From an uncultured Desulfarculaceae bacterium (lineage in GTDB: Bacteria > Desulfobacterota > Desulfocorpusculales > Desulfocorpusculum), in contig CAZEPJ010000014.1 in NCBI GenBank assembly GCA_964514105.1, positions 1,889-65,888 of the forward strand: DNA of 64,000 bases, in the 5' to 3' direction. A program made the translations under genes and the position numbers. Positions 19,360 to 28,998 of this stretch are shown here, piece after piece; within the stretch, counting starts at the first letter, position 1, and the number at the start of each line of letters is the position of its first letter. The notes under the pieces were generated by a model. That model was not told the origin of the DNA. It searched no databases and worked only from the letters and a program-made list of their open reading frames with translations.

Positions 19360-20505
19360 TCACAGCCCCACCAGCCGGCCGATGATCTCCTTCTGGATCT
19401 CGGATGTGCCCCCGCCGATGGGCTGGATCCGCATGTCCCGCCAGATCCGCTGCACCGGATACTCCATCATGTATCCGTATCCGCCGTGGATCTGGATGCA
19501 CTGGTCCGCAACGTCCACGGCCGTCTCGCAGGCGAAGATCTTGCACATGGCCACCTCCTTGCGGCATTCCCGCCCGTGGACGTGAAGCCAGATGGTGTGA
19601 TACACGAGCTGCCGGGCCGCCTCGATGCGGGTCAGCATGTCCGCGAACTTGTGTCGTGTCACCTGGAATCGGCCGATGGGGCGTCCGAAGGCATGGCGCT
19701 GCTTGGAGTACTCCAGGGTCAGCTCCACGCAGGCCTGGGCCGCTGCCACAGAGCCCACGGCCATGACGAGCCGCTCGGTCTGGAAGCCGTGCATGATCTG
19801 GTAGAATCCCTGACGTTCCTGCCCCACCAGGTTGGACAGAGGGACCCGCACCTCCTCGAAGATCAGCTCCCCCGTGTCAGAGGTACGCCACCCCAGCTTG
19901 TCCAGCTTGCGGCTCACCTGGAATCCGGGCGTTCCCTTGTCCACGATGATCTGGGTGATCCCCTGATGCCCGCGCTCGGGGTCGGTCTTGCACGCCACCA
20001 CGTAAAAATCCGCCCGCACCCCGTTGGTGATGAAGGTCTTGGATCCGTTGATGACCCACTGGTCCCCCTCGCGCCGGGCCCGGGTCAGGAGCCCGCCCAC
20101 GTCCGATCCGGCGTTGGGTTCCGTCACGGCGTAGGCCCCCACCAGCTTGCCCTGGATCCCCGGCACCAGGTACCTTTCCTTGATCTCCCGAGAGCCGAAG
20201 CTGGCCAAAGCGGGCAGGGCTACGAAGGCGTGGAGCCCCAGGCCCGCGCTCACCCCTCCCGACCCGCATCGGGCCAGTGCCTCGGACAGGACCGCGTGAT
20301 AGCGGAAATCCCCCCCCGCCCCCCCGTACTCCTCGGGGAAGCCCCCCGCGAAGAACCCCAGTTCCCCCGCCCTGGCGTACAGCCCCAACGGGAACTCACC
20401 GGCCGCCTCCCAATCGTCGGCGTGGGGTCGAAGCTCCGCCGCAACCCATCGGGAGGCCTGCTCCCTGAAGATCCGATGCTCCTCCTCGAAAAGCCACTCG
20501 CTCAT
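19360..20505 (-). CDS. Acyl-CoA dehydrogenase
   Basis: 381 aa starting MSEWLFEEEHRIFREQA with RBS GGGAGGG. ACAD motifs (…YAVTEPNAGSD…, …GSKTFITNG…, C-terminal …IYEGTSEIQ…-like EIQKEII). Confidence 0.85.
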   Translation of the reverse strand: MSEWLFEEEHRIFREQASRWVAAELRPHADDWEAAGEFPLGLYARAGELGFFAGGFPEEYGGAGGDFRYHAVLSEALARCGSGGVSAGLGLHAFVALPALASFGSREIKERYLVPGIQGKLVGAYAVTEPNAGSDVGGLLTRARREGDQWVINGSKTFITNGVRADFYVVACKTDPERGHQGITQIIVDKGTPGFQVSRKLDKLGWRTSDTGELIFEEVRVPLSNLVGQERQGFYQIMHGFQTERLVMAVGSVAAAQACVELTLEYSKQRHAFGRPIGRFQVTRHKFADMLTRIEAARQLVYHTIWLHVHGRECRKEVAMCKIFACETAVDVADQCIQIHGGYGYMMEYPVQRIWRDMRIQPIGGGTSEIQKEIIGRLVGL

Positions 20506-20594
20506 GCCGCCCTCCCTCTGGAGTGGATCAGGGACGTGATTCGTGCTCATCGACGGCCCGCTTGCGACGCGCGACCTGCGACCCGGGAAGATAC

Positions 20595-21785
20595 TCACAG
20601 TCCGTGGATGGGAAAGACCTCCTTTCGGATGTAGGTGACCACCCGATGGGCCTCGGCCATGGCCCTTTCCTTGAGCTCCCCCTCCGTGCGATACGGGTAG
20701 TCGCGGAGGCTCCCCACCTCCATCTCCGGACCGAACATCATGCCCCCCACGAGGCCAGCGAACTCGTCCCTGGGCTCCACGTCGTTGAGGATGGCCCAGG
20801 CCAGGGTCCAGCACCGGGCGGTCCGGAACAGGTCGTACCCCCCCCCGCCCAGGGCCAGAACCCTGGGGCACAGGGCGGCGATCTCCCGAACGCAGTGCTG
20901 ATACCCGTTGTTGGTGAGCTTCATGTGGGTCAAGGGGTCGGAGATGAGGGTGTCGGCCCCCAGCACGGCCACGATGAGGTCCGGCGAGAACGTCCTGACC
21001 AGGGGGGGGACCACGGCGTCGAAGGCGCAGGCGTACACCTCATCGTCCGTGCCGGGCTCCAGGGGGACGTTGACGTTGAACCCCACGCCCTCCCCCGCTC
21101 CGATCTCCGTCTCCCATCCCCCCCGGGGATAAAGGGTCCGGCCGGTCTCGTGGAGGGATATGACCAGGGCCCGGGGATCCGTGTAGAAACCCTCCTGCAC
21201 GCCGTTTCCGTGGTGGGCGTCGCAGTCGATGTAGGCCACCCGCTTTCCCCTGCCCAGGGCCACCCTCATGGCCACGGCGATGTCGTTGATGTAGCAGAAC
21301 CCCTCGGCATGGCCCGGCATGGCATGATGGAACCCCCCATAGGGGTTGAAGGCCACATCCGCAGTCCCGTCCAGGATCCCGACCATGGCGCCGTGAGTCC
21401 CCCCCGCGCTTCGGAGGGCCCAGTCATACATGCCCAGGATGATGGGGTTGTCCTCGGTGCCCAGGCCGTGCCAGACCACCTCGACCCCCCCCTGCCCCCG
21501 GCTGGCCGCCTTCAGGACGCGCAGGTATTCCGCATCGTGAAACAGGGCGAGGAGCGAAGGATCGATGGGCTCGGGCGAAAGGACGGTCATCCAGGGGTGC
21601 CCCATGAGCCCGTAGCGCCAGCACAGGTCCACGGTCTTGAGGCCCCGCTCGGGTTTGAGGGGATGGCCGTGGCCCAAATCAAACCGCGCCATCTCGTCCG
21701 AGTGGACCAGGATCGACCGGAAGGACGAAGGCCCCGCCCCAGAGGGGGCCTGATCTCTGAGGCCGCGGGAGACCCACTGGCTCAT
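20595..21785 (-). CDS. Histone deacetylase / acetoin-utilisation AcuC-family protein
   Basis: HDAC motifs (…NPYGGFHHAMPGHAEGFCYINDIAVA…, …YIDCDAHHGNGVQ…). Start MSQWVSRG. Confidence 0.85.
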   Translation of the reverse strand: MSQWVSRGLRDQAPSGAGPSSFRSILVHSDEMARFDLGHGHPLKPERGLKTVDLCWRYGLMGHPWMTVLSPEPIDPSLLALFHDAEYLRVLKAASRGQGGVEVVWHGLGTEDNPIILGMYDWALRSAGGTHGAMVGILDGTADVAFNPYGGFHHAMPGHAEGFCYINDIAVAMRVALGRGKRVAYIDCDAHHGNGVQEGFYTDPRALVISLHETGRTLYPRGGWETEIGAGEGVGFNVNVPLEPGTDDEVYACAFDAVVPPLVRTFSPDLIVAVLGADTLISDPLTHMKLTNNGYQHCVREIAALCPRVLALGGGGYDLFRTARCWTLAWAILNDVEPRDEFAGLVGGMMFGPEMEVGSLRDYPYRTEGELKERAMAEAHRVVTYIRKEVFPIHGL

Positions 21786-22070
21786 GTTCGACTCCTGGAT
21801 GACCGGCGCGCCGACGGGGAATCTAGCAGACACCCTGCAAAGGGGTCAACGCAAAAGGTTGTCCCCTTGGCCTTGGGGGGGACCTTTTCTTGTCTTGCAG
21901 GCGGGATCGCCCGAGGCATGCCCCCGGGGCCGACCGAGGCGGGAGGCCACCCCGCCCTTGGCGGGACTGCCAGGCGGCCCGTGCGGACCCGGGAGGCAGA
22001 TCCTCTCATGTGCGCTTCCACGCGACGTCGCGCCGCCCCCCCCAGAAGGCCCACCCCCGGGTCGGCCCGG

Positions 22071-23423
22071 TCAATGCCCCTGGGGGTTGGGGACCGGCGT
22101 TCCTACCAGGCAAGGACCCTCCACCCCCTCCATGCGGAACGGGACGATCCGGTTGCAGAGCCCCTGCCCGCCGGGTCCCATGACCCGCAGGTAGTTGTGG
22201 GTGAGCCCCTGCATCCACGTGCGCCGGCCCTGGGCAGGACCCTCCACCAGCACGGGAAGCGTCCGGCCCACAAAGGCGGCCATGGCCCCCTGACGGCGAG
22301 ACAGGGACAGGTCGCGGAGCCGTTGGGCCCGGGACTTCACAACGGGGGGCGCCACCCGCCCTGCCAGGTCGGCTGCTGGCGTCCCGGGCCGCGGGGAATA
22401 CGGAAAGACGTGGAGGTATGCAAAGGGCATCTCCTCCACGAAGGCCAGGGTCCGGAGGAACCGATCCTCGGACTCGCCGGGAAAGCCCACGATGACGTCG
22501 CATCCCAGGGTGAGATCCGGCACCTGGGACATTGCCTGCCGCACCCGCTCCCGGTACTGGGCCGCTGTGTAAGGCCGGTTCATCCGCGCCAGGATCTCGT
22601 CATCGCCGCTCTGGAGGGGGAGGTGGAGGTGGGGGCAGACCCGACCCGACCTGCCGAGCAGGGTCAGCAAGGGGGTCTCCACCTCCAGCGGCTCAATGGA
22701 ACTCAGGCGGATGCGCGGTATGCCGCAGGAATCGAGCACGCGGTGGAGGAGCTCCGTCAGGTTGCAGGCGGGGATCAGATCGCGCCCGTAGTGGCCCAGA
22801 TGAATTCCGGTGAGGACCACCTCCTGAACGCCGGCGCGCTCCATAAGGCGGATCTCGTCAAGGACCGACTGGACCGGGCGCGAGCGGCCGGGTCCCCGGG
22901 CGCGTGGGACGATGCAATAGGTGCACAAGGCATCGCAGCCGTCCTGGACTTTGAGGAACGCCCGGGTGCGGCCGGGGAGATGGTCCACCCCGGCGCCCCA
23001 CGGCGCCATCCGGACCGCCTCCGTGGGCCGCCTTTGCAGCCGGCGCCCCAAGAGGACCTGCGTGGCCAGCGCGGGCAGGGCGTCCCTGTCCCGGACCCCG
23101 ACCACCCCGTCCACCTCTGGCATGGCCCGAAGGGATGCGGGGTCCACCTCGGCCTGACATCCCGTGACCAGGAGCACGGCGTGGGGGTTCTCCCCGCGGA
23201 GGCGTCGGATGAGCTGGCGGTTCTGCCGGTCTGCGGAGCGGGTCACCGTGCAACTGTGGACCACCACCAGGTCCGCCTCCTGCCCCGCCTGGCACATGGC
23301 CAGTCCCGCATCGGCCAGCGCCTTGGCCAGCACCGCCGCATCGTACTGGTTGACCTTGCAGCCCAGGGTTCGGATGGCAACCCGGGGGGGGCCCCATCCG
23401 GCTGCCCGGTCCGTGCGCCTCAC
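22071..23423 (-). CDS. mtaB: MiaB-like tRNA methylthiotransferase, MtaB type
   Basis: UPF0004 N-domain (VAIRTLGCKVNQYD…), radical-SAM CDALCTYC, and TRAM C-terminus. The GTG at 23423 follows GGAGGCGGAGGG and overlaps the mnmA TGA (GTGA). An alternative ATG is at 23444. Confidence 0.8.
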   Translation of the reverse strand: MRRTDRAAGWGPPRVAIRTLGCKVNQYDAAVLAKALADAGLAMCQAGQEADLVVVHSCTVTRSADRQNRQLIRRLRGENPHAVLLVTGCQAEVDPASLRAMPEVDGVVGVRDRDALPALATQVLLGRRLQRRPTEAVRMAPWGAGVDHLPGRTRAFLKVQDGCDALCTYCIVPRARGPGRSRPVQSVLDEIRLMERAGVQEVVLTGIHLGHYGRDLIPACNLTELLHRVLDSCGIPRIRLSSIEPLEVETPLLTLLGRSGRVCPHLHLPLQSGDDEILARMNRPYTAAQYRERVRQAMSQVPDLTLGCDVIVGFPGESEDRFLRTLAFVEEMPFAYLHVFPYSPRPGTPAADLAGRVAPPVVKSRAQRLRDLSLSRRQGAMAAFVGRTLPVLVEGPAQGRRTWMQGLTHNYLRVMGPGGQGLCNRIVPFRMEGVEGPCLVGTPVPNPQGH

Positions 23424-24568
23424 CCCTCCGCCTCCGCGTCCCATTGCCTCGCAGGCCCCCGCGGGGCGGCGGACCGGGAGATCCAGCCCCCCCCCAGGAC
23501 CTCGTCGCCCTGGTACAGAACCACGGCCTGCCCCGGCGCGATGGCGTGCTGCGGGGTTTGGAACCGGACGCCGATCCGCCCGTGCTCCAGCACGGTCACC
23601 GTTGCCGGGGCCTCGCGGTGCCGATAGCGGATCCGCGCCCGGGCCTCAAACACCCGCGCCGGAGGTTCCCCCAGCACCCAGGAGACCTCCTCGGCTTCCA
23701 GGACGCCCCCGGCCAATTCCCGCCGGGGCCCCACCACCACCCGCCTTTCCTCGGGCAGGAGCCGTAGCACGTACAACGGCTCCTTCCAGGGCACCCGCAG
23801 ACCGCGGCGCTGCCCCACCGTGAAGCCGCAGACCCCGCCGTGCGTCCCCAGGACCGCTCCCGCCGAATCCACGACCTCGCCGCGCCCGCCGGCGTCGTCC
23901 CCCAGGTACGACGCCAGAAACCCCCGGTAGTCATGGTCTGGAATGAAGCATAGCTCCTGGCTCTCGGCTTTCTGCGCCACGCAGAGCCCCCATTGCCGCG
24001 CCAGGGCCCTCACCCGGGCCTTGGACAGCCTTCCCACGGGCCACAGGATCGATGCCATCTGCGCCTGTCCCAGGGGAAACAGGAAGTACGACTGATCCTT
24101 GTCCGGGTCCGCCCCCCGTCGGAGGCGGAAAGGCCCCCCGCCGGGATCCCGTGCCTTGACGGCATAGTGGCCCGTGGCCAAAAAATCGACCCCGGCCTCC
24201 CGCGCCATGTCCAAAAGGAGGCCGAACTTGATCCGCTGGTTGCAGCGAATGCAGGGGTTTGGGGTGAGACCCTCGCGGTACGCGGCCACGAACTGTTCCA
24301 TGACCTCTGTGCGAAAAGCCGCCTGCAGGTCCACCACGCGAAACGGGATGCCCAGGGCGCGGGCCAGCTCCCGCGCGTCCCGCTCATCCCGGGGGGAACA
24401 GCAGCTGCCCCGGCCCCGCCGCTCCAGGAGCCGGCAGTCCCACAGATCCATGAACAGCCCCTCCACGGCGTAACCTTCCCGCACGAGCAGCCCCGCGGCC
24501 ACGGCGCTGTCCACGCCGCCGCTCATGGCTGCCCACACCCGTTTGCCGCGGGAAGCCGCGATGATCAT
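23420..24568 (-). CDS. mnmA: tRNA 2-thiouridine(34) synthase MnmA, the Cys-rich variant presumed to bind Fe-S
   Basis: PP-loop AAMSGGVDSAV, and the NPCIRCN and …DQSYFL… motifs. The extra Cys (SCCSP, PCIRC) are typical of the [4Fe-4S]-dependent MnmA subtype. Confidence 0.85.
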   Translation of the reverse strand: MIIAASRGKRVWAAMSGGVDSAVAAGLLVREGYAVEGLFMDLWDCRLLERRGRGSCCSPRDERDARELARALGIPFRVVDLQAAFRTEVMEQFVAAYREGLTPNPCIRCNQRIKFGLLLDMAREAGVDFLATGHYAVKARDPGGGPFRLRRGADPDKDQSYFLFPLGQAQMASILWPVGRLSKARVRALARQWGLCVAQKAESQELCFIPDHDYRGFLASYLGDDAGGRGEVVDSAGAVLGTHGGVCGFTVGQRRGLRVPWKEPLYVLRLLPEERRVVVGPRRELAGGVLEAEEVSWVLGEPPARVFEARARIRYRHREAPATVTVLEHGRIGVRFQTPQHAIAPGQAVVLYQGDEVLGGGWISRSAAPRGPARQWDAEAEG

Positions 24569-24578
24569 GGGGGCGGAT

Positions 24579-24998
24579 TCAGATGGTGGCCGTCTGCAGG
24601 GCCCGGCTGGGGCAGGTGGGCATGCACAGCCCGCATCCGCTGCATCGCTTGTTCTCGAAGAGGACCTCCATGGTCCCGGGGTCCATGCGCAGGGCATGGG
24701 TGGCGCACACCGCCGTGCACGCGCCGCAGTGGTAGCACAGCGCCTCGTCCCGCTGGACGTCCCGCTCCACAGGCTTGACGGTGATGCCGTTCTCCTTGAG
24801 GTAGCGGAGGCCTTTGCGGTAGTTGCCCAGGCTTCCGCTCAGCTCCATGACCATGTAGCTCTCCTGCCGGGGGAGCACATGGGCCTTGAGGATGTTGAAC
24901 ACCAGGTCGTAGTCCTTGACCAGCCGGTACACGATGGGCTTGTCGTACGTGGCCCTGGAGAAATACAGGACGATCTTCTTGGAGACATCCTGGGTCAT
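24579..24998 (-). CDS. NIL-domain protein fused to a 2x[4Fe-4S] ferredoxin
   Basis: RBS AGGAGG before the ATG (MTQDVSKKIVLYF…). N-terminal NIL-like domain, then two CxxCxxCxxxC motifs (CYHCGACTAVC, CSGCGLCMPTC). Its stop is 10 nt before the mnmA start. Confidence 0.7.
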   Translation of the reverse strand: MTQDVSKKIVLYFSRATYDKPIVYRLVKDYDLVFNILKAHVLPRQESYMVMELSGSLGNYRKGLRYLKENGITVKPVERDVQRDEALCYHCGACTAVCATHALRMDPGTMEVLFENKRCSGCGLCMPTCPSRALQTATI

Positions 24999-25229
24999 GG
25001 AGCCCCTCCTGAGCGCTCTTGTCCATGTATCATACGCCCTTTGGTCCCCTTGGTTCAAGTTCCCGGCCCCCCTGGGAGGGACAGGCCCCGCCCTCGGCCC
25101 ATCCTCGGCCGGGAGCGGCCTTGTCCCCGGCCCTTGTTTGTGGTAAGAAGTAATCAAAGAAGTGCCCTTGAGATCCCCAAGCGTGTGGAAGCGTCGCCCC
25201 CCCGGAGGGGGCTTTGTTTTGGTGAGCCC

Positions 25230-26564
25230 ATGGCGGTCATCGCGCCCTTTCGCGCATGGCGGTACAGCACGGAGAAGATCTCCGACCTCTCCTCGGTCCT
25301 GGCGCCGCCCTACGACGTCATAGAACCCGCCCAGCAGCGCCAACTCCATGAGCGGCATCCGTGGAACGTCATCCGGCTGGAGTCGGGGGAGTCCTTTCCC
25401 GACGACACGCCCCGGGAGAACCGGTACAGCCGTGCGGCCGACTTCCTGAGGGCCTGGCAGCGAGAGGGGGTGCTGCGGCGAGACGAGGTCCCGGCCGTGT
25501 ACGTGTCCCAGCAGGATTTCGAGGGACCCGACGGCAGGCGGCTGGCTCGCAGGGGGTTCGTCTGTCTTCTCCGGCTGGAGCCGCTGGAGGGCGGGACGGT
25601 GTTCCCCCACGAGCAGACCTTTCCCAAACACAAGGCGGACCGGCTGAGTCTGCTGCGTGCCTGCCGCGCCCATTTCAACCCCATCTTCTCCATCTTCCCC
25701 GACGAGGACAGCCGGGTGGAAGCGCTCCTGGGGGTCGGTGACCTCCCCCTGGCCGGGGAGGCCTGGGACGATCGTGGCGTGCGCCATCGCCTCTGGCCTC
25801 TGGAAGATCCCACCCGGATCCGAGCCCTGGTGCAAGCCATGGGGGACAGGCCGGTATTCATCGCCGACGGCCACCACCGGTACGAGACCTGCCTCCGGTA
25901 CGAGCAGGAACGGGCGGCGGCCGAAACCCCGAGCCGGGATCCCGTGCACTGGGCCCTCATGTACCTCACCCCCATGGAGGGCGAGGGCCTGGTCATTTAC
26001 CCCACCCACAAGATGGTTCAGGACGTCCCGGGGCTGGACGCCGCCGGGCTGCTCAAGGCCCTGTCCGTCCACTTCCGTGTGGAGCCCTATGCCGCGGGCC
26101 GTCAGGACCCGGTGGAGGCCTGCCGGGGCTTCCAGCGTTCGCTGCGAGAGGCTGGAGAGGGAGGCTGCGCCCTGGGCCTGGCCGTGGCCGCCGACCCCCC
26201 CCTTTGGATCCTCACTCCCAGGGACCTCCCCGGCCTGACCCGGGACCTCTCCCATCTCCCCCAGTGCATCCGAGGTCTGGACGTGTCCATCCTCCACGCT
26301 GTGGTGCTCAAGGGGGTCCTGGGCATCGACGTGTCGGACCCCGCCGATCGACACCTCAGCTACGTGCGCGAGGCGCAGGAGGCCGTGACGCGGGTCCGGG
26401 GGGGACAGGTCCAGGCGGCCTTCATCATGAACCCGACCCGGGTGGAGGCATTGAAGGCAGTGGCCGCCGCCAGATGCACCATGCCCCAGAAGGCGACCTA
26501 CTTCTACCCCAAGCTCCTCTCGGGCCTGGTGATCCACACCCTGGATGAACCCGTGCAAGGATGA
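25230..26564 (+). CDS. DUF1015 domain-containing protein
   Basis: Begins MAVIAPFRAWRYSTEKISDLSSVLAPPYDVI, the DUF1015 hallmark N-terminus, in a ~445-aa protein. Confidence 0.75.
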   Translation: MAVIAPFRAWRYSTEKISDLSSVLAPPYDVIEPAQQRQLHERHPWNVIRLESGESFPDDTPRENRYSRAADFLRAWQREGVLRRDEVPAVYVSQQDFEGPDGRRLARRGFVCLLRLEPLEGGTVFPHEQTFPKHKADRLSLLRACRAHFNPIFSIFPDEDSRVEALLGVGDLPLAGEAWDDRGVRHRLWPLEDPTRIRALVQAMGDRPVFIADGHHRYETCLRYEQERAAAETPSRDPVHWALMYLTPMEGEGLVIYPTHKMVQDVPGLDAAGLLKALSVHFRVEPYAAGRQDPVEACRGFQRSLREAGEGGCALGLAVAADPPLWILTPRDLPGLTRDLSHLPQCIRGLDVSILHAVVLKGVLGIDVSDPADRHLSYVREAQEAVTRVRGGQVQAAFIMNPTRVEALKAVAAARCTMPQKATYFYPKLLSGLVIHTLDEPVQG

Positions 26565-27292
26565 TCCACCCCGACGAGACCCTGGACGCTCTGTTCGGCG
26601 GGCGCCTGCGAATCCTGCAGAAGCGCCATGGATACCGCTTCGCCATGGATCCCGTGCTGCTGGCCCATTTCGCCTCCCCCCTGCGGGGCAAGGGCGTCAT
26701 CGACCTGGGCACCGGCAGCGGGCTCATCCCCATGATCCTGGCCGTGCGCGGGGCGCAAGGGGAGATCGTGGGCCTGGAGGTCCAGGAGGACATGGTGGAC
26801 ATGGCCCGGCGATCGATCCGCCTGAACGGCCTGGAGGGGCGCATTCGCGTCGTCCTGGGGGATTACCGGCGCGTGGAGCAGCTCTTTGCCCCCCAGTCCT
26901 TCCGACACGTGGTGAGCAACCCCCCGTATCACGTTGCGGCCGCGGGCCGGGCAAGCTCGGTCGCGGGCCGGGCCATGGCCCGGCAGGAGATCTCGGGTAC
27001 CATGGACGATCTGCTGCGAGCGGCGCGCCACCTTCTGGGCACCAAGGGAAGGTTGTGGCTCTCATACCCGCCTGCCCGGCTCCCCCTTCTCCTGGAGGCC
27101 CTGCGGCGAGAGGGGTTCGAGCCCAAGGCCGTCCGCATGGTCCACGGCCGCTCAGACCTGCCCGCCCGGGTGGCCCTGGTGGAGGCCGTTCGCGGGGGGC
27201 GCCCCGGCCTGAGGGTCCCCGCCCCGCTCATCCTGTACCGCAGCGGGCGGGTGTACACCGAGGAACTGACCCGGATCTATGAGATGATCTGA
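26561..27292 (+). CDS. SAM-dependent methyltransferase, tRNA1(Val) adenine-N6 methyltransferase (YfiC/TrmN6)-like
   Basis: Methyltransferase small domain with DLGTGSGL and NPPY (VVSNPPYHV). It overlaps the DUF1015 stop by 4 nt. Confidence 0.65.
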   Translation: MIHPDETLDALFGGRLRILQKRHGYRFAMDPVLLAHFASPLRGKGVIDLGTGSGLIPMILAVRGAQGEIVGLEVQEDMVDMARRSIRLNGLEGRIRVVLGDYRRVEQLFAPQSFRHVVSNPPYHVAAAGRASSVAGRAMARQEISGTMDDLLRAARHLLGTKGRLWLSYPPARLPLLLEALRREGFEPKAVRMVHGRSDLPARVALVEAVRGGRPGLRVPAPLILYRSGRVYTEELTRIYEMI

Positions 27293-27349
27293 GGGGGGGG
27301 AGAAGCCCCCTTGCACTACCCGCCTTGCCGCAGGGTCAAACGGACGGCC

Positions 27350-27778
27350 TTACGCCTCCGTGCCCCTGCGCGGCGAGCGCACGTACTTGTCCAGGACCCG
27401 CGAGACCGCGCGCTGGAGATCGGGGTCGGCCACCTGGGCCGAAACGGCCCGCACCCAGGCTCGCTCCTCCTCGGTCAGGGGAAGGGGCGGCGGGACGCGG
27501 CGGGGCGCGGCGGAGCGCCTCAAGGCCGTGCCTCGGATGGTCCAGCGGACGTCCGTGACCTCCCCCTCGCCTACCAGCGCCCAGATGCGCTGTAGGATCT
27601 GGAATTTCTGCATCTGGAGTTCCTGCATCCACACCGAGTCGCTCACCTGCACCAGCAGGACCCCCTTGCGGATGGAGACGGGCCGGCAGCGGCGGGCCAA
27701 GAGGTCCCCCACCAGTTCGGGCCAACGCTCGAAGAGCGGCCCCTGCCGGGCGCGGTGCTCCAGATCCGGCCGGGTCAT
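27350..27778 (-). CDS. DUF721 (DciA-like) domain protein
   Basis: …FERWPELVGDLLARRCRPVSIRKGVLLVQVSDSVWMQELQMQKFQILQRI… matches DUF721. The ORF extends to 27943, but the ATG at 27778 avoids a long overlap with the upstream gene. The start is uncertain. Confidence 0.5.
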   Translation of the reverse strand: MTRPDLEHRARQGPLFERWPELVGDLLARRCRPVSIRKGVLLVQVSDSVWMQELQMQKFQILQRIWALVGEGEVTDVRWTIRGTALRRSAAPRRVPPPLPLTEEERAWVRAVSAQVADPDLQRAVSRVLDKYVRSPRRGTEA

Positions 27779-27794
27779 CAGGCGGGCCAGGATA

Positions 27795-28619
27795 TCACGC
27801 AGGTTCTCCAACGTCCCCTCCAGCAACGCCCGCCAGGAGCGGCTCAGCCAGGACGCTCGCGGCCGTCCTGGCGGCCAGGACCAGTCGATCCCGGTACGAG
27901 GCGTCATGGAATCCGCGCCTCCAGCGGAGGGTCCCGATCTCATCGCTCACTACCAGGACGCTCACCAGAGGCACGCGACGGAACGACGAGACGGTCATCA
28001 TGGCCGAGGCCTCCATGTCCACGGCCAGGACGCCCTCCCGCTGATACGTCACCACCTTCTCCACGGTCTCCCGAAAGGGGGCGTCCGTGGTCCAGACCCG
28101 CCCCTCCAGCGGCTCGACCCCTGCCCGTTCCAGGGCCCCTCGCGTCCGGGCCAGCAGCCCGGGGTCGGGCGTTGTGCTCACCCATGGAGCCAGGTAGTGG
28201 GGCGAGGTCCCCTCCTCCACCAGGGACCCGGTGGGGAGGATCACGGAGCCGATGGGGGCCCGCGGCTGGAGGGATCCGCAGGACCCCACCGCGGCCACGG
28301 CCCGCGCCCCCAGGGCGATGAGACGCTCCAAAAGCAGTGCGGCCGCCGGCGCCCCCATGGCCGGCCCCGCCAGCCCCACTGCGGTCCACGGCTCCCGGCA
28401 AACCCATAGGGTAGCTGCGTCCAGGGGACGGCCCCCCACCCCCTCCAGGCCGAGGGCCCGCCGCATGGTGGCCAGGTCCCACCGGGTGAAGCCCAGGATC
28501 ACCGCGGGCGGCACCGCCTCCTCGTTTCGGCCCCGCCGCGGCTCGATCACCGCCCGCCCCCCCGGCCCGGCGCCCATGTCTGCGCAAGACAACATGACGG
28601 CGATTCTACCACGTCCCAA
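27795..28619 (-). CDS. Nucleoside phosphorylase family protein (PNP/UDP/MTAP superfamily)
   Basis: Phosphorylase-family motifs (…AVGSCGSL…, …TTDAPFRET…, …LAVDMEASA…). The start codon is not resolved. Confidence 0.6.
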   Translation of the reverse strand: MGRGRIAVMLSCADMGAGPGGRAVIEPRRGRNEEAVPPAVILGFTRWDLATMRRALGLEGVGGRPLDAATLWVCREPWTAVGLAGPAMGAPAAALLLERLIALGARAVAAVGSCGSLQPRAPIGSVILPTGSLVEEGTSPHYLAPWVSTTPDPGLLARTRGALERAGVEPLEGRVWTTDAPFRETVEKVVTYQREGVLAVDMEASAMMTVSSFRRVPLVSVLVVSDEIGTLRWRRGFHDASYRDRLVLAARTAASVLAEPLLAGVAGGDVGEPA

Positions 28620-28669
28620 GGACGCGCGCTCTCCCCGGTCAACGCACCATCGGATTTGTGAGAAATAAT

Positions 28670-28698
28670 TTGACTGTGATTGGGAATATCGCTATGAT
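28670..28698 (+). promoter_or_regulatory. Sigma70-type promoter (TTGACT-17-TATGAT) upstream of cspA, flanked by a perfect 15-bp direct repeat
   Basis: TTGACT at 28670-28675, a 17-nt spacer, and TATGAT at 28693-28698. CCATCGGATTTGTGA occurs at 28647-28661 and again at 28703-28717. Confidence 0.45.
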
Positions 28699-28800
28699 CG
28701 CCCATCGGATTTGTGAATCGGGGGCGGGAAGCGGCGGGGAGCGCCGCCTTGTGGGCCCTCGGACGGCAACCTCGAGACAAGAACAGGAAAGGGGCAGGAG

Positions 28801-28998
28801 ATGGAAGGAAGAGTCAAGTGGTTCAACGAAAAGAAGGGGTTCGGTTTCATCGAGCGGGATGGAGGATCGGACGTCTTTGTCCATTTCAGCGCCATCATGG
28901 CCGAGGGTTTCAAGACCCTCTCGGAGGGCCAGCGGGTCCAGTTCGATGTGGAGGACGGACAGAAAGGACCTCAGGCCAAGAATGTAAGGCCCCTCTGA
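28801..28998 (+). CDS. cspA: Cold-shock protein, CspA family
   Basis: [32 protein letters not shown]… has the RNP1 and RNP2 motifs. RBS GGAGATGG. Confidence 0.92.
   Translation: MEGRVKWFNEKKGFGFIERDGGSDVFVHFSAIMAEGFKTLSEGQRVQFDVEDGQKGPQAKNVRPL

Noticed and set aside
20523-23627. 1034-aa plus-strand ORF spanning the HDAC, mtaB and mnmA region
   Set aside because: It is antisense to three well-supported minus-strand genes. Its translation is low-complexity (G/P/R/H-rich) with no recognisable domains.
24999-26558. Upstream 520 codons of the long minus-strand ORF 24579-26558
   Set aside because: Only the last 139 codons (24579-24998) form a credible NIL-ferredoxin gene with an RBS. The rest is antisense to the DUF1015 gene.
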